A stretch of 64,000 bases of DNA from the NCBI GenBank assembly GCA_963662465.1, contig OY759599.1:3008001-3072000 (forward strand), in the 5' to 3' direction. Position 1 is the first letter of the stretch. Every line of letters starts with the position of its first letter. The position numbers and the translations under genes are program-made. This DNA is from Desulfatiglandales bacterium (GTDB lineage Bacteria > Desulfobacterota > DSM-4660 > Desulfatiglandales > Desulfatiglandaceae). Shown here in pieces: positions 63,746 to 64,000 of the stretch. Below the pieces are notes generated by a model. That model saw only the letters and a list, made by a program, of their open reading frames with translations, searched no databases and was not told the DNA's origin.

Positions 63746-64000
63746 TTATCGAACGGATTCAACATAATCCTGAAGAACATCGTTGATTTTACATTGCCAC
63801 CCCTTACCCTGTGCCTTAAAGAAATCCAACACCTCAGCGTTAAGTCGAATCGTGGTTGATTTCTTGGTAGGCGCTTTCTGCGGACCCCGAACCCTTGCTG
63901 GGACATGCGGATGCATTTCGGCCACGGGCCGCATTCGAGACAAAAACTCATCCGACAAAGACGGTGATTCAACCGCCTTCAGGTTCTCGCTGGAGACATT
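63746..64000 (-). CDS. brnA: BrnA antitoxin, 5' end outside the window
   Basis: RGPQKAPTK...TIRLNAEVLDFFKAQGKGWQCKINDVL; frame open to the window edge. Confidence 0.85.
   Translation of the reverse strand, partial: NVSSENLKAVESPSLSDEFLSRMRPVAEMHPHVPARVRGPQKAPTKKSTTIRLNAEVLDFFKAQGKGWQCKINDVLQDYVESVR

Overview
Chromosomal window from an anaerobic bacterium; gene content (HdrC-like and hcp-type Fe-S proteins, sigma54 activator, many hybrid kinases, ISDol1-like IS) suggests Desulfobacterota, which is inference. In order: (1) a signalling operon ending in an unusual MMPL/RND transporter fused to a histidine kinase, upstream of an NDP-forming acyl-CoA synthetase; (2) a complete N-ATPase operon (atpD-C-Q-R-B-E-F-A-G) with a Na+-type c subunit, then MscS and CorA; (3) an accessory patch with MarR, an ISAs1 remnant and a secreted Cache gene followed by a lone attC-like site; (4) an HD/ferredoxin/HdrC operon under a Crp/Fnr (HcpR-type) site, a frameshifted hybrid kinase, a sigma54 activator, a K+ channel and a thermonuclease; (5) a decaying island (about 30.7-42.4 kb) with MITEs, a HEPN pair, a deleted type IIG RM gene, an intact IS, DUF2971 and ankyrin genes, and a candidate structured ncRNA with its own promoter and terminator that resembles an IS110 bridge RNA but has no recombinase nearby; (6) M48, plsC-like and lnt genes, and a KamA + two Ddl-like ATP-grasp + GNAT operon; (7) a KaiB/CheR/CheB/multi-kinase operon punctuated by 7-bp repeats; (8) VapBC, DMT, an iota carbonic anhydrase and partial BrnA. 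No rRNA, tRNA or CRISPR array was seen. Best novelty candidates: the ncRNA (40215-40560), the MMPL-kinase fusion (171-3146) and the KamA/ATP-grasp operon (45941-49820). All family calls come from motif recognition by eye; no searches were run.
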